From: a virus
Lineage: Duplodnaviria > Heunggongvirae > Uroviricota > Caudoviricetes
Direction: 5' to 3' (one strand)
Virus record (IMG/VR): IMGVR_UViG_2698536570_000006
Location: 1-9,856 of that record
Length of the DNA: 9,856 bases
Below the pieces are notes generated by a model. That model saw only the letters and a list, made by a program, of their open reading frames with translations. It searched no databases and was not told the origin of the DNA. Numbering within the stretch: the first letter of the stretch is position 1; each line of letters starts with the position of its first letter. Below, one piece after another: positions 7,895 through 9,856 of this stretch. The position numbers were made by a program, and so were the translations under genes.

Positions 7895-8218
7895 TTATTG
7901 AAACAGATTCTGAGGTAAATGCGGCAATACTCGACTCCACTTATCATCCTGCCACGGCTGAAGTTTTACATGTGCCGTTTCTCGGGCGAGGATTGCTCGC
8001 GCTCTGTTGAGTATCTGGGGATATTCTTGCTCGATGGAAGTGAAGTGACCAGCCTCACCATGCTCCGCATCCTGAAGAAGATGAGTAACGTTCTGGTAGG
8101 CAATTAACATCACATTCCCTGCTCGCCATAACCAGGCGAGTGTGCAAAGTTCGTTATCAGTGAATTGTTTTGTGATTGGGAATTGTTGAACTGCTAGAAC
8201 GAGAACGCCAGCATCCAT
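7895..8218 (-). CDS. Hypothetical protein, 107 aa, no recognisable family
   Basis: ORF MDAGVLVLAVQQFPITKQFTDNELCTLAWLWRAGNVMLIAYQNVTHLLQDAEHGEAGHF... with GGGA 6 nt upstream of ATG at 8218. Same strand as its neighbours and protein-like composition, but the coding status is unproven; an antisense 62-aa ORF also exists. Confidence 0.4.
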   Translation of the reverse strand: MDAGVLVLAVQQFPITKQFTDNELCTLAWLWRAGNVMLIAYQNVTHLLQDAEHGEAGHFTSIEQEYPQILNRARAILARETAHVKLQPWQDDKWSRVLPHLPQNLFQ

Positions 8219-8329
8219 TGGCAGTCCCTATAGTAAAACCATAGCTCAGGACGCTTCGTTCAGGATAGATACTTTTATTGTACTTACCTAACTTTCTTAC
8301 TATAGCACGGTTGAAAAAGTGATTATTAC

Positions 8330-9856
8330 TCAAAAATAAACCTCACCATCAACCATATATTTGAGAGTACTTATCGCCTGCTGGGCGGATATTGTTTTCA
8401 TTAAAGGATAGTGTTTAAAAACAATGCCATTCATAAAATAGATATCACAGGTTTTATTATCTGTATTGATTATGATTTTTTCGAATGTTTTATAGGCAAG
8501 TGTACGACATAGCTCTCGCCCATTTTTACTGGTTAAGTCAATAGCATGAAAATCACCAAGTGAACTCACCGCTTTACTCTTCAAAGTTTTTAATGATACC
8601 GAAGCCCTTCGTAATTCCTTATCTAATACTCTGATTTTTTCTGCTATAGCGGTAACTTCAGGCGCGACAGACAATGCAACGATTAAATTATTAATTTTCA
8701 TCTGAAGCTCAATAATTTTTAACTCTAAAGTTTCATTAGCATCTTTCTTGTTTTCAACTGGTTGAATTTTGCCACAATTAAAAAGCAATTCATTAATGAT
8801 ATTATAATCAACCAAATCTCTTTTTATTGATGGCCTGTCACATCGATGTAATCTTCTCATCGGACAAACATAATAGCCATGCAAACTTCCAGATACCGCA
8901 TGAACAATCATGGTATTACCACAAGCCTCACACTTCATAACTGTTCGAAGTAGATTTATTAGCATAGGATTCTTGCTACTATTGCTAATACCAAAAGGTG
9001 CCAACCGAATTTCCTGTACAGCGTAAAACAAATCATCTGATATGACTCTGGGATAATAGCCAGCGATTTCACTTATCCCTTTCCCTCTTGCACGATATGA
9101 AGGTACGCATATACCTATCAGAGCTTTATTCGCTAATAATTTTTCAATTACAGAAGGCCCCCATGCACTTTCTTTTCCTGAGAAATTCTTTACAGCATGA
9201 TCATTTAAATACTTGGCTATTGCATTCAATGAGCGCCTTTCCATCCTGAGTTTAAAAATTAGCTCAATAGTTTTCACCCTGTCGGGGTCTGGAACAAAGG
9301 CCGTTCTTTTGTCATCTAAGGAGAGCCATCTCGGACAAGACGCCGTCATAATCGTACCTGATTCCAGTGCATCCTGCCGTTTTTTCTTCCATGATAATTT
9401 AACCCGACTTGACTTTATCTCGCTTTCTTCATTTGCCCTTTGTGCTATAAGTATGGCTTTTATTAATGAATATGGCTCATTCAAAGAGTCAATATTATAG
9501 ACTGTATTGTCGCAAAGAGTTATAACATCAATACCGTGATTCAAAATCAATTTCAGACGTTCAATCGCTTCACCGACTTTTTCTCTTGAAAGTCTGTCCA
9601 GACTTTCAACTAACAATGTAGTTCCTGGCAATATATAACCATGCTCTATAGCATCTAAAAATTCCGAAAAAGCTCCTGATTGTGCATGCTTTCCTTTGAA
9701 TGCACTTAATCCTAAATCTTCATATGTTATGGTATCAAGATAATAATCACTATTTACCTTTAACCATTCAGCAATAAGTCTTCTCTGTCGGTTTAATGAG
9801 TCGCCAGACATCTGACCTGGTGATGAAAATCGCATATATGCTATGGCTTTTTTCAT
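8330..9856 (-). CDS. ybcK: Large serine recombinase (YbcK-like): resolvase-type catalytic domain, recombinase domain, Cys-rich zinc-ribbon-like segment and predicted C-terminal coiled coil; 508 aa
   Basis: N-terminal AIAYMRFSSPGQ...SLNRQ...TLLVESLDRLSR fits the serine-recombinase catalytic motifs (YxRVS..Q, SLxRQ, DRLxR). CEACGNTMIV...YYVCPMRRLHRCD is a candidate zinc ribbon; the C-terminal region is Leu/Ile/Lys/Glu-rich. The ATG sits exactly at the window end (9856), so the promoter and anything upstream are not visible. About 35% GC. Confidence 0.85.
   Translation of the reverse strand: MKKAIAYMRFSSPGQMSGDSLNRQRRLIAEWLKVNSDYYLDTITYEDLGLSAFKGKHAQSGAFSEFLDAIEHGYILPGTTLLVESLDRLSREKVGEAIERLKLILNHGIDVITLCDNTVYNIDSLNEPYSLIKAILIAQRANEESEIKSSRVKLSWKKKRQDALESGTIMTASCPRWLSLDDKRTAFVPDPDRVKTIELIFKLRMERRSLNAIAKYLNDHAVKNFSGKESAWGPSVIEKLLANKALIGICVPSYRARGKGISEIAGYYPRVISDDLFYAVQEIRLAPFGISNSSKNPMLINLLRTVMKCEACGNTMIVHAVSGSLHGYYVCPMRRLHRCDRPSIKRDLVDYNIINELLFNCGKIQPVENKKDANETLELKIIELQMKINNLIVALSVAPEVTAIAEKIRVLDKELRRASVSLKTLKSKAVSSLGDFHAIDLTSKNGRELCRTLAYKTFEKIIINTDNKTCDIYFMNGIVFKHYPLMKTISAQQAISTLKYMVDGEVYF

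Noticed and set aside
7919-8107. Plus-strand 62-aa ORF
   Set aside because: Antisense to the 107-aa minus-strand ORF, which is co-oriented with the operon and has an RBS. Neither is proven, but the minus-strand ORF is the more plausible.
9213-9500. Plus-strand 95-aa ORF
   Set aside because: Antisense within the serine recombinase gene; low-complexity Ser/Leu-rich translation.

Overview
This window reads as a segment of a defective lambdoid (DLP12-like) prophage from an E. coli-like enterobacterium, with almost all genes on the minus strand. From high to low coordinates: a YbcK-like large serine recombinase (8330-9856), an orphan 107-aa ORF and a 260-aa HNH-motif protein, then the nin-region genes ybcN, ninE, ybcO, rusA and ylcG, the Q-like antiterminator quuD, an intact NmpC/Lc-type porin moron on the plus strand, the lysis cassette (pinholin, SAR-endolysin, Rz with embedded Rz1), the Bor lipoprotein gene on the plus strand, and a remnant of tail-tip gene J that runs off the left edge. 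All assignments come from reading the supplied translations and DNA by eye against remembered protein families; no search or alignment was run. The most interesting locus is the AT-rich block at 6865-8329: two genes with no function I can assign, flanked by perfect palindromes and sitting where K-12 DLP12 carries ybcL-ybcM-ylcH. I propose it as a candidate undescribed accessory module, possibly anti-phage, but this is inference and needs experimental test. No tRNA, rRNA, CRISPR array or IS element was seen.
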